From Eledone cirrhosa (taxonomy: Eukaryota): a DNA stretch of 64,000 nt. Both the position numbers and the translations under genes were made by a program. This document shows positions 30,445 through 44,406 of the stretch, in pieces. Under the pieces are notes generated by a model, which was not told the origin of the DNA, searched no databases, and saw only the letters and a program-made list of their open reading frames with translations. Positions within the stretch are counted from its first letter, which is position 1. Each line of letters begins with the position of its first letter. The stretch covers positions 38,254,001 to 38,318,000 of the forward strand of contig OZ024751.1 of the NCBI GenBank assembly GCA_964016885.1, written 5' to 3'.

Positions 30445-31362
30445 ATATATATAATATATATATATAATATATATAATATATATATAATATATATAAATAA
30501 TATATATAATATATATATAATATATATAATATATAATATATAATATAATATATAAAATATATATATAAAATATATAATATATAATATAATATATAAAATA
30601 TATATATAAAATATATATATAAAATATATATATAAAATATATATATAAAATATATATATAAAATATATATATAAAATATATATATAAAATATATATATAA
30701 AATATATATATAAAATATATATATAAAATATATATATAAAATATATATATAAAATATATATAATATATATATAATATATAAATATAATATATATATAATA
30801 TATATATAATATATATATAATATATATATAATATATAAATACATATATATATAATATATAAATATATATATATAATATATATATAATATATAAATATATA
30901 TATATAATATATATATAATATATAAATATATATATATAATATATATATATAATATATAAATATATATATATAATATATATATATAATATATATATATAAT
31001 ATATATAATATATATATATAATATATATATATATAATATATAAATATATATATATATAAATATATATATATATAAATATATATATATATAATATATATAT
31101 ATATATATAAATATATATATATATAAATAAATATATAAATATATATATATATAAATATATAAATATATAAATATATATAATATATATATATTATATATAA
31201 TATATATATAATATATATATAATATATATATATATAATATATATATATAATATATATATATAATATATATATATAATATATAATATAAATATATATAAAT
31301 ATAATATATAATATATAATATATATAATATATATATATATATTATATATATATATATATTTA
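29908..31362. repeat. Nearly pure A/T microsatellite (TA with TAA/TAAA interruptions)
   Basis: Directly visible. Confidence 0.97.
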
Positions 31363-31825
31363 TACAGGATAACGGGTCATCTTTATAGGCAGTCCACTTA
31401 GATGTAGTCCAGTTAGAGTACTCCGTGTAGTGGATAGTATTAACGTGTCGCTTAGTTTGACTCAACAAGACGTTTCCATATTGACGCTGCGAGTTCGCGG
31501 TGATTTCTATGTAGTTTATACTTGGAGTAATAATAATTCAAGAAAATAGAGTGACATGGCTCGCTATACAATAAAGGCTTTATTCACATTGCTGACAATT
31601 GTTTCTTCGATCTGGTAGGTTCGCTACTCGCCTGATCTGCAATACTTTGTTTATAACAAGTCGTTTTCATCGGAGCACGACTGGTTATAAACAAAGTATT
31701 GGAGATCGAATGACGCAAAATCAGCCGAGTAGCGAACTCTAGACCTACCAGATCGAAGAAACAATTGTCAGCAATGTGAATAAAGCCCTTATTGTATAGC
31801 GAACCATGTCACTCTTTTTTTCTTG

Positions 31826-31830
<5 letters not shown>
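31363..31830 (-). mobile_element. Hairpin-plus-tail insertion (family D) with a hammerhead remnant
   Basis: Imperfect palindrome of about 300 bp (31534-31830) plus an unpaired segment 31363-31533; TA flanks. Confidence 0.65.
31590..31677 (-). ncRNA. Degenerate type I hammerhead with long stem II
   Basis: Minus strand TGCT-CCGATGA-(long insert)-GAAA-CAATTG-TC-AGCA: stem I TGCT/AGCA, palindromic stem III, GUC site, core U4>C. Confidence 0.5.
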
Positions 31831-31876
<46 letters not shown>

Positions 31877-31879
31877 TAT

Positions 31880-32079
31880 AACGGAGGAAATGTGGTAAGG
31901 AACCAGGTGGACCATAACACACCAAAGTACTCAATACTTAGGGTAGTAGAGTGGGTAATAGGAACGACTAGGAACCCGACGGCTGAGCTCAAGCCGTTTC
32001 GACGGCAAATTCTGGACTCAATGAGTCCAGAATTAGCCGTCGAAACGGCTTGAGCTCAGCCGTCGGGGTCCTACTCGTT

Positions 32080-32085
<6 letters not shown>
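31880..32085 (-). mobile_element. Family A insertion, copy 3 (reverse orientation, with inversion)
   Basis: Tail on the left; palindrome centred on CTGGACTCA-A-TGAGTCCAG. Confidence 0.8.
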
Positions 32086-32117
<32 letters not shown>

Positions 32118-32119
<2 letters not shown>

Positions 32120-32258
32120 CCAGAAACAGCCGTCGAAACGGGTTGAGTTCTGCCGTCGGGGTCTTGAACATTTTCCTAATACCCACTTTCCTACCGTAAG
32201 TATTGAGTACTCTGGTACGTTATGATCCACCTGGTTCCTGACCACACTTCCTTCGTTA
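32118..32258 (+). mobile_element. Family A insertion, copy 4 (no inverted arm)
   Basis: Begins GTCCAGAAACAGCCGTCGAAACGG, same tail. Confidence 0.8.
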
Positions 32259-32486
32259 TATATATATATAAATTATTTCAATGCAGCTTGTACATGTGTT
32301 GTACAATAACAATTGTATATAATATACCTAATATGCTATATTTAGTTATCAAATCATGTATAGTATATATTTGATATACATAAATCATCCTTAACATTTT
32401 ACTATAATTAAACAAACATGGGAAAAACGAAAAGTAAGAAACCCGCACATAAACTATTTGAAATATATATATATATAATTATTATT

Positions 32487-32556
<70 letters not shown>

Positions 32557-32621
32557 TGTATATATATATATATATATATACATATATGTATATATATATA
32601 AATATATTATTATTATTATTA

Positions 32622-32652
<31 letters not shown>

Positions 32653-33547
32653 CATATATGTATATATTTATATATATATATTATTATTATTACAATATAT
32701 ATATATACATATATATATACATATATGTATATATTTATATATATATATTATTATTATTATTACAATATATATATACATATATATATATATACATATATAT
32801 ATACATATATATATACACATACTTATTTGGGAAAATCTAATCGTAGGCAAATAAACAATATAGTACATGTTATATGTTTGCGTGTTTTGTGTGTATTACC
32901 TATATACGTATGTATATACAGATATACATACGTATATGTGCATGAAAAACATGCATATGTACCTAAGCATATAGATACACACATGAAGGAAATATATATA
33001 CTCCGAAAAAAATAATTTTAGGCAAATCAAAAGTATATTAGATAGCAATAAGAGTAATAAATATTTCGAAATTCGCAGTCTAGTGCTCTGTAACCGTAAT
33101 TACATTTACATCAGAATCTTCAAACGGTAGGTATTTGCTTCAGATTCTGTAACGATATATATTTTTTCACTAATATAATTATGAATGTTTGCAAACTGCA
33201 ATGTTTTTCTTTTTATTTCCGTCCATAGATCAGAAAAAAAAAAGTATTTTTTTATTATATAAAAGTGACTGCAAAACAACAACTAAAAATATTATATACT
33301 GCATACTCTATAGTATGTAATCGCCTAATTCATTAAGTATAAAAACACTTTGATAATTTTTGTTAATATGGATTTTAGCTGCGTAATTAAAATACTTCTC
33401 TTATATGAACAAACAATCGTATCGATATATATCTATCTGTATTTAGAAATAAATGTAGCATTTCATTCTTTTACGATTGTTATTCAACTAATTGTGTTTT
33501 TGATGGAATATATTTGTAATTAAATCATTATTAATTTTATTTTAAGA

Positions 33548-33935
33548 GTGGTGGTGTCGTAGAGCTAGTAGATCGTTGTAGAAAATGATCTATTGTGGTA
33601 TTTTGTTACGACTTTCTACGTTGTGAGTTCAAATCTTGCCAACGATTTGAACTCACAATTTAGCCGTTAATGAAACAGCAATCAAGTAATTGGTTTGATG
33701 TAATCAATTTCACTCTCTTTACACCTTGTGTCTACATTGAATGCTATTATTCATGTTATCTTGAGCTGTTTAATTGGCAGAGTTCGAATCGCTATTGTAA
33801 CGGTGATTTTCAGAGTGTAGAAGATAACAAGACTCCTTGCGTTTTTGCTTCCGGAGTACTGGCCACTTGTTTCAAATTCCATCGATGTCAGTTTTGCCTT
33901 GGAGTCCTTCAGGGGCGATAAATATAATTGCAACG
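33548..33935 (+). mobile_element. Two highly degenerate SINE family 1 remnants
   Basis: GTTGTGAGTTCAAATCTTGCC at about 33620 and TTCAAATTCC...TTTGCCTT...GGGGCGATAAA at about 33870-33922. Confidence 0.45.
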
Positions 33936-34782
33936 CAGGGTAATTCATACACACCGATAAACAAGCATACAGTTAGTCTCAGTGACGCACAAAAACATGC
34001 ATTCCACTGGACATAATCTGTCAGCATGTTTTACATCCGCATCCGGATCATTCGGTACACTTAATATAATTCAATCTGTTGCAAGTTTTATCGAGTTTCT
34101 TCCTCTTTGCTCTTAACTTTCCCCATTCCTCTGTCTATCTCTGAGACTCTGAAGAAATAAATGTTCAAGTTCACTGCCTTTCTCTTCCTAAATACAGCAG
34201 TAAAAAATATGGCTTATGTTAAGAACTGAAATCCCACTGATGTCGAATTTGGCTTTTCTCCATTAACATCCAAAAGAAAGCGACATCTAAGTACAGACGT
34301 AAATTCCATCGGCTACATCATGAATGAGCCCATGATAGAAACCCTAAATAATGCTATTTTAGGTGATGGATTTACAGAATCGATAAAGTGGCTGATAAAA
34401 TGCCTTTTGGAGTTAATAAGGGACCATCAACTTCGGAGTTCAAATACCATTGAGGACATTTAGCATTGAAATAAATAGCAGTGAATTACGGGTTACCAAT
34501 TTAGAAATTATAACACGAACCCTGAAATAGGTGGAACTACAAATGTAATGTCCATGTTGCTTAACCCAAGCCGGATAGATCAAGCTGATTTACGACATTG
34601 AGCGTTACAGTCTATATAATCCCATCACGTTTTTAAGTTAACATTATCGAATATATGTTCAAGGCTCTTTTTATAAACCTTTTCTTTTTATAAATTTGCC
34701 TAGACCAGTTTCAATCCTTTCAGTATAGACATACTCCCACATACACATATATACACACACTCAGGTCATACACACATGCATA

Positions 34783-34863
<81 letters not shown>

Positions 34864-35352
34864 AATATATATATTGTTCAAATCCAGACACGATGTGGAA
34901 TAATTCTAAGGATGGACGGATTAAAAAAAATCTGTTGGTTGGTTGCTTGATATTACATATTCGACAATATATTTCATATATTTCATTTTTGGCTCTTATC
35001 ACCACGTTTTGCAGAGTTTTGCAAACGTGACTGCCTGCAAGGCAAAGGACTAATTAGAGTAAGAAGGAGAGATACGTGCTGAATCATCTATTCGCCCGTG
35101 CTGTGTATACCATAAGCAATTTCACTTTAAATACAGAGAGAGCTCTCAACGTGTGCAATTGAAAATTTTTCTATTAATTTAATGGCTCTGTATGTGCTGA
35201 AGTACTCTTAGCAGCTTGTACATACAAAGAAATATATTAACCGTCAACAGCAGCAGATTTTTGTGCCGAGATATCTAGAAAATATGTCAAGGCATCTTAC
35301 TTTCGAAATAACCGAAATTGGCTACTCCTGATGACAGGAGGTTTTTCATTAC

Positions 35353-35410
<58 letters not shown>

Positions 35411-35457
35411 GTAAATGAGAGCGCGGGTGTGTTAATATCTCTCTCTATCCCTCTTTC

Positions 35458-35497
<40 letters not shown>

Positions 35498-35719
35498 TGG
35501 GGGGGGGAGTAAAACACACCGCATCATATAGGTTTGTATACGCTATCCAGGAATAAACGCCTACCTTCTATAACAAGAATTGCTATGTATACATCACATC
35601 AAAATAACATCACTCTGGTTAATTCTATTCAGAATTACACGTTCAGGGTTAAAGATTTAGGAATCCTTAGAGTTTTCATGACAGTGTGTTGCTATAAGAT
35701 TAGGGAGTTAATACTAAAG

Positions 35720-35950
35720 TGTCTCTTGAGCTTTGTGGCTCATCAGGTCAGGGATTATTCCGATTTCTTTGGCGTTAAGCGACGTTGACTGAAACAGTTT
35801 CTCTTGGAGAATCTAACACCCAGCTGCTGATAATATCCATGTTGTTCAGTTGGGAATACTGGAGTAGCGAGTAGTGAAGTATCGTAGCACCAATCAAGGA
35901 CACGGTGTGCTGGCCAGTCCACGAATCGAACATACAACTGCGCACTCCAA
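35720..35950 (-). mobile_element. Degenerate CORE-type SINE
   Basis: Minus strand GTTCGATTCGTGGACTGGCCAGCACACCGTGTCCTTGA. Confidence 0.5.
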
Positions 35951-37725
35951 ATATAAGAGTGTCACAAGAAATAACTCTAATCTCACATGAGTTGATTCTT
36001 GAAATATTGACTTCAACTTTAAATATAATGCCAGCAATGCGGTATTATGGGAAAGTTGGGTAAACCAGCCCCATTAATTAACTGAAGGACGGTAAAGTTT
36101 CCCCGCGCTATTCGAACACAGAATGGTATGAGCCAGAATAAATACCACAATCATATTTCATTTGACGCTCTACCAATTCACCCCACTACAGATTCTTAAA
36201 ATATTAAACAAAATTGCAATAAGTACATGGCTGAACTTCAATGATATTTTTGGCATAAAACCAGGCTTAAGGGATTCTACTGACTTTATTATACTCAATT
36301 GTTGATGGGTCGAATATATCAAAGAGTTGACTGCCAATAAATAAAGTATATAATTGGATATTTTAAATTCTAAAGGGAGCTGGTTTTGAAGAATCTTAAT
36401 AAATATTGGCCTAATTCACTTACCTTTCATATGTAAGTACATATTCATCATTTCACTGCATAAAATATGCATACATTTCATTGATTATTATGAGTCATGT
36501 TAATATATTCATATATATTCATATGTTGCGTATATCGTCCACCGCATCTATAATATGTATGTTCATATAATTAGTTTTGCTGGAATATATATCAGGAGGT
36601 GAGACTAATTTAATGAGATAATGTTAGCAGGAATTATAATTTTTGTATCGAAGGTACATACACATACACAGATACACACACATACACATAGTCAATACTC
36701 ACCCTCTCTGACACCCATATGGGTATATGTCTGTTGGCAAACAGTAACACACACTACTACTTGCCAATGAGAGGTTCTCAACGTGATCACCCTGCTTGCT
36801 TGAAATGCTGCTAAATCTTCTGCAACTCGGAGGCTACCATTTTAACATATTTGCTACCAAGCCACCTTGTGCCCCATAGTCCTAATATGATTTCATAATA
36901 TATTTTAATATATGCACCATAATATATTTTAATATATGCACCATAATATATTGTTTCTATATCCTATATGTAGCAAAGATCAGATAAAAAGTGCTTTTTA
37001 ACCATTACTTTTTCGTGGATCTTTTGATACATAAGTTCATATTAAAACCTAAAACCTCAAAAAGAACAAAGGAACGACCTGCCTACTGGGCGGTACGTGC
37101 AGAGTTCCTACCATGGCCTTGGGTTGTGTGGGAGACAACAAGTTAGAAAAAGATGGACACATTAGATATGTAATCATAGAAATTACTCATACTCCTTGAA
37201 ATTGCAGCCATGTATCTCTTTTGATAACAATCTAAAGCTTTGGATCGGTACACTTCATCTGATAAATAAATAATCTGGGAAATCATTTTAGTAACTCCAC
37301 AAATGGTGTCTGGATCTCGTTAAACGTTCAGGCTATTGTCTCCCATATTTTTACAAACTATTACTTTCGATTCCAGGATTGTTATGTTACAAACTGGGAA
37401 ATTAGTGTTCCGATACATTAAGGGTCAGCATAAGAAACACCCTATAGTTTACGTGGATTACTGAGACGTTGAAATTATTAGAAAAAATAATCATATCATA
37501 ATAATTTATTATTACGATATGTTTAAATATTCATCGTATATGTATAAATAGCACAACGGTTTAAATGTATGGGTAACCTTAGATAAATATCTGTTTACAA
37601 GAACATATATAAGATTAGAGCCCATGACTTAGTTATTAGAAAACGAACACCTTAGGATAGCAACAGGACTGCGATAAGGAAAGAAATGTGTCTACATGTG
37701 TGTACAATAAAATATTACAGAATCT

Positions 37726-37726
<1 letters not shown>

Positions 37727-37758
<32 letters not shown>

Positions 37759-37767
37759 ATAAGGTAC

Positions 37768-37814
<47 letters not shown>

Positions 37815-37843
37815 TGTGTGTGTGTGTGTGTGTATAAGGTACG

Positions 37844-37914
<71 letters not shown>

Positions 37915-37923
37915 ATAAGGTAC

Positions 37924-37954
<31 letters not shown>

Positions 37955-37993
37955 AGTGTGTGTGTGTGTGTGTGTGTGTGTATAAGGTACGTA

Positions 37994-38042
<49 letters not shown>

Positions 38043-38057
38043 ATAAGGTACGTATGC

Positions 38058-38093
<36 letters not shown>

Positions 38094-38105
38094 ATAAGGT
38101 ACGTA

Positions 38106-38148
<43 letters not shown>

Positions 38149-38160
38149 ATAAGGTACGTA

Positions 38161-38203
<43 letters not shown>

Positions 38204-38226
38204 TTGTGTGTATAAGGTACGTATGC

Positions 38227-38258
<32 letters not shown>

Positions 38259-38278
38259 TTGTGTGTATAAGGTACGTA

Positions 38279-38336
<58 letters not shown>

Positions 38337-38342
38337 CACACA
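37727..38342. repeat. Compound minisatellite: 9 copies of GTATAAGGTACGTATG separated by variable (TA)n(TG)m
   Basis: Anchor counted 9 times between about 37757 and 38280. Confidence 0.92.
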
Positions 38343-38800
38343 TATGATCATTGAATCCCAATGAAATAGCAGACAGTATTCCCTCAAGGTTCACAATTTA
38401 GTGCTTCTCTTTGTCACACTACAATACATCTGATAAAAAGAATATGAAGAAAAACCATTTTGGTAACTTTGGTAATATAACTAATATTTTAAAGTCTTTT
38501 ATGATGTAATTCCTAGACAAATAAAATAAAATCGTAATTTGAATTATTTCTAAACCTTTTCAGTGTTTCAATGATAATTTATTGTTATGTAGCCTTAATT
38601 AAACATTAAAAAATTCAAACTTATCATCCATGACTTTATCCAGGCCATAAAAACTGATTCTCTGGAAAATGTCATAGAATGCACATACATACACACATAC
38701 ATAATACAAACACTCAAACACACATAAACATAAATATATACATATATAATCATTCCATCATAATATTTTTGATAATGTGCACACAAACACACACACACAG

Positions 38801-38852
<52 letters not shown>

Positions 38853-39241
38853 ATATATATATGTATATATATTGTGTGTGTATTACTTCCTCTCGTTCTT
38901 TCTCGATGTATATATATATATAACGAGATGAGGTATTAAGAGAAATAGAGAGAGAGAGAGAGAGATAGAGAGAGAGAGGGGGGGGGGGGGGAGAGGGGGG
39001 AGAGAGAGAGAGAGAGAGCGAGAGTGAGAGAGATAGTGAGTGAGTGATACCGATATAATAACAACGTGAGAGAGAAAGTGAAATGTGAAAACAAAAACCC
39101 CCCAAAAAATTTAAGAATCAATATATGACAAAACAGAAACATACATTTATATACAATTACTATTAATGCAATTTAGCTTTTGATATGAAGTTATATCAGT
39201 GTGTCGTTGTCTTAATATCTCATATCATTATACATTCGTAA

Positions 39242-39278
<37 letters not shown>

Positions 39279-39759
39279 GAGAGAGAGATATACACGAGAG
39301 AGAGAGAGAGAGAGAGATACATATATTGCAACGAAATTGTTTTTTTTCTTCCCAAAGACAAGACTCCCCTCTCCTATAAAACTAAAACCTAAGATAGAAC
39401 TAACAAAAACATAGTGACATATAATTCTATGCCATGTTTGAGTGAATTGTTCTACGTTCTAAAATGAAAGAAAACTACTGCAATTCCTCAGAGTGTTGGT
39501 TAACTGGTCGTATGGAATTTTGTTTATTCTACGTGGAACTTCTCTTGCAGAAGGAATTAGTGCCAAAATTTTGATTCTATTGGGCTTCACGCTGTATCTT
39601 GTATCATCAATTTTTTTCCCTTATGCAGCATAAAACTCACATATCCCCGCGTGGACAGGCTGTCAGGAAGGAAAGGAGAGACAGCAAAACACGCTTGATT
39701 GATATAAGTGTAAAATCTTGATAATGATGATAATAGCAACAATAACAATATTAATAATG

Positions 39760-39912
39760 AGAAGAAGAAGAAAAAGAAGAAAAACAAGAAAAAGAAGAAA
39801 AAGAAGAAAAAGAAGAAAAAGAAGAAAAAAAGAAGAAAAAAGAAGAAAAAAGAAGAAGCAGAAGAAAAAGAAGAAGAAAAAGAAGAAAAAGAAGAAAAAG
39901 AAGAACAAGAAG
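39760..39912. repeat. (GAA)/(AAAAAGAAG)n purine tract
   Basis: Directly visible. Confidence 0.9.
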
Positions 39913-40637
39913 ACTTTTACTATCAACTAATACCAATATTGTTACTAATGATAATAGTAATAATAATAACAATAATGATATTAAAAATAACGATAGAAAA
40001 AATAAATAATGATTAACAGTAATAATGTGATGTTGAAGATGTTCATGATGGTGATATTGTTGATGAAGATGATGGTGGTGAACAAAACAATAGCCATGGA
40101 GATAATATATTGTTGTTAACAGAATATAAAAAGAATAAGAAAAGAATTATCTTGAAATGAAATGTATCAGTGAATGGCAAAAGATCATGTATTAGAGAAA
40201 ATATAGAGAGTTTGTAATGGTTACTTGGGAATACACTACAAAGGGGAAAACAACCCCGAGGGAGCCATGCTGATAAACACTGAATTAGTTTAAAAGTTTA
40301 GCTACTTCATCTTATCAAGTTACATCAGTTTCAGTCCGTAGTCCATAGTCCGTTTAATTTGCTGGCTTCAGTGTTGCATTATTAAGATATTATTCATTTA
40401 ATCCATATTTCCTTTGTGGGTTTCACCCATATAGGCTGCATTTTTATTCTTCTCGTTTTTATACGCGTTTCATGGGTTCAAAAAACCTTGCGGTATTTAT
40501 TTAGAACATAAAGGTTCTGAATTATCTAAGTCCATTCATCCCGCCTCCGGCCAAAATGTAAGCAGGCGTTTTTATATTTGATACTAGTAGGCTATTCATA
40601 TGGACGGTCTAAACGTGTCTAAAGTCTGTATCAAGCC

Positions 40638-40897
40638 CAAGGCTCTTGAGGCCGGTGTTTATCCCGATTACCTTGCCGTGAAGTGACAGAAAATACAAGA
40701 CTTCCCCCTGGATATGACGCCATACCATCGTAGGGTTAATCCCCCAGCTACTGCTGGTATACATTTTCAAGTTACTGAACCAACGTGAAATGAAATATTT
40801 TAATCATGAACACAACACACAACCAGTCAGGGAATCGAACCCATGGCATTATAATCGTTAGTTCAACATCCTTGCCACAAAGCCACGTGCCTCCACT
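40638..40897 (-). mobile_element. tRNA-derived CORE-type SINE
   Basis: Minus strand GTGGAGGCACGTGGCTTTGTGG head, GGGTTCGATTCC B-box, AACCCTACGATGGTATGGCGTCATATCCAGGGG downstream domain. Confidence 0.75.
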
Positions 40898-41440
40898 TAT
40901 ATAATAGGTCGCATTTTCCTAAGAAATTATATTATATGTACACGTGTATGTAGATTTTTTCAACAACTTAAACATTGTTTTAACAAATTCGACCTTCCAT
41001 AGTCCGAATAAGGTGATCACTCTTCGTCGACACCGAAGGAGGTCAGATACACAATCAACTCAACCATCATTGATCATCTTAACAGCCATTACTCTCTCAT
41101 CTCCAATGGCGTTAGCTATGTATCATCCATAGGATGACCATTGCCAAGCCGTTGATGTTGTATTCAAATCATGAAAGGACACCACGTGATTTTAAATGAA
41201 TGCATGTGACAGCTTTGCTTCCACAAAGAAATTCTGATGTCAAGAAAAATTACACCTTGTATTTTTTTCAATTCTTGTCATATATTTTTTTCTTTCCAGA
41301 AATTACCAAAGTGTGAAAGATCTTAGTGTGCAAATATTCTCTAGACAATAGTCAGTTAAAAGTTGTTGCATTTCCAACGTCACGAGGTTGTACACAACAC
41401 AACTATTATTGCAGACACACAAGCCCATACACACACACAC

Positions 41441-41444
<4 letters not shown>

Positions 41445-41498
<54 letters not shown>

Positions 41499-41576
41499 TA
41501 TGTATATATATATACATATATATGTATATATATATATATGTATATATATGTATATATATATATATACATATATATG

Positions 41577-41612
<36 letters not shown>

Positions 41613-41836
41613 CATATATATGTATATATATATATATACATATATATGTATATATATATATACATATATATGTATATATATATATACATATATATATGTA
41701 TATGCATATATACATATGTATATATATATACATATATACATATGTATATATATATACATATATACATATGTATATATATATACATATATACATATGTATA
41801 TATATATATATATATATACATATATGTATATATATG

Positions 41837-41884
<48 letters not shown>

Positions 41885-41896
41885 TGTATATATATG

Positions 41897-41928
<32 letters not shown>

Positions 41929-42311
41929 TATATACATATATGTATATATATGTATATATATATATGTATATATATATAAATGTATATATGTATATATATA
42001 CACATATATATATATATATAAATGTATATATGTATATATATACACACATATATATATATATATAAATGTATATATGTATATATATACACGCATATATGTA
42101 TATATATACACGCATATATATATATATATACACATATATATATATACACATATATATATATATACACATATATATATATATATACACATATATATATATA
42201 TATACACATATATATATATACACATATATATATATACACATATATATATATATACACATATATATATATATACACATATATATATATATACACATATATA
42301 TATATATACAC

Positions 42312-42362
<51 letters not shown>

Positions 42363-42406
42363 CACCTATATATATACACATATATATATATATATATACA
42401 CATATA

Positions 42407-42456
<50 letters not shown>

Positions 42457-42511
42457 TATATATATATACACATATATATATATAAATGTATATATGTATA
42501 TATATACACAC

Positions 42512-42542
<31 letters not shown>

Positions 42543-42637
42543 TATATACATATATATATACACATATATATATACATATATATATACACATATATATATA
42601 CATATATATATACACATATATATATATATATATACAC

Positions 42638-42668
<31 letters not shown>

Positions 42669-42747
42669 TATATATACACATATATATATACATATATATA
42701 TACACATATATATATATATATATACACACATATATATATATATATAT

Positions 42748-42786
<39 letters not shown>

Positions 42787-42892
42787 TATATACATATACA
42801 CATATATATATATACACATATATATATATACACACACATATATATATACACATATATATACACACACATATATATATATATACACATATATA

Positions 42893-42979
<87 letters not shown>

Positions 42980-42997
42980 GTATATATGTATATATAT

Positions 42998-43028
<31 letters not shown>

Positions 43029-43617
43029 AATGTATATATGTATATATATACACATATATATATATATATAAATGTATATATGTGTATACATATAAATGTA
43101 TATATGTATATACATATATAAATGTATATATGTATATACATATATAAATGTATATATGTATATACATATATAAATGTATATATGTGTATACATATAAATG
43201 TATATATGTGTATACATATAAATGTATATATGTGTATACATATAAATGTATATATGAATATACATATAAATGTATATATGTGTATACATATAAATGTATA
43301 TATGAATATACATATAAATGTATATATGAATATACATATAAATGTATATATGAATATACATATAAATGTATATATGAATATACATATAAATGTATATACA
43401 TATAAATGTATATACATATAAATGTATATATGTGTATACATATAAATGTATATATGTATATACATATAAATGTATATATGTATATACATATAAATGTATA
43501 TACATATAAATGTATATACATATAAATGTATATACATATAAATGTATATACATATGTATATACATATATATACATATATATATGTATATATGTATATATA
43601 TATATTTATACATATAT

Positions 43618-43658
<41 letters not shown>

Positions 43659-43768
43659 CATATATATACATGTATATATATATATATATTTATACATATA
43701 TATACATATATATTTATACATATATTTATACATATATATACATATATATTTATACATATATATACATG

Positions 43769-43801
<33 letters not shown>

Positions 43802-44097
43802 ATATATATTTATACATATAATATGCATATGTATATATGTGTATATATATATATACATATATATTTATACATATATATACATATATATACATATATATAT
43901 ACATATATATACATATATATACATACATATATATACATATATATACATATATATACATACAGATATACACCACATATATACATACATACATATATACATA
44001 TATATATACATATATATATATATATATTCATATATAAGTGTACATATAGATATACAGTCCGTAACCACAATATATTGCGTATATGTGTGAAGGAGAA

Positions 44098-44177
<80 letters not shown>

Positions 44178-44213
44178 ACATATATACATACATATATATA
44201 TACATATATATAC

Positions 44214-44246
<33 letters not shown>

Positions 44247-44275
44247 CTCATATATATATATACAAACATACATAA
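41445..44275. repeat. 2.8-kb (TA)n/(CA)-variant tract including a 22-bp minisatellite (ATATAAATGTATATATG[TG/AA]TAT..) at about 43070-43550
   Basis: Directly visible. Confidence 0.95.
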
Positions 44276-44406
44276 ATGGTATCCCCTATATATTATAAGA
44301 AGACTTCATTATCATTCTTGACCAAAGTTGCCTTTCAGAGCAAATTACAATTGTAGTTTATTATACTGCATACACTGAGGCGCATATTAAGTTTTTGGCT
44401 ATCGTA

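Noticed and set aside
17205-35345. Other CTGATGA matches (about 17210, 21154, 25768 on the minus strand, 35328)
   Set aside because: No stem II-GAAA-UH arrangement follows
37727-38342. CRISPR array (also considered for 44407-45315)
   Set aside because: Spacers are simple repeats or homologous to one another; eukaryotic context; no cas genes
39718-39930. Lys/Arg-rich ORF (and Glu/Lys-rich reading at 51645-51807)
   Set aside because: GAA-type microsatellite without splice or start context
41326-44321. Very long ORFs (up to 804 aa) of Y/I/H/T/C/V/M, likewise at 8684-9703, 30155-31468, 49506-51821, 54462-57737 and 60856-61937
   Set aside because: Translations of stop-free (TA)/(CA) microsatellites, some running through N; no coding signal
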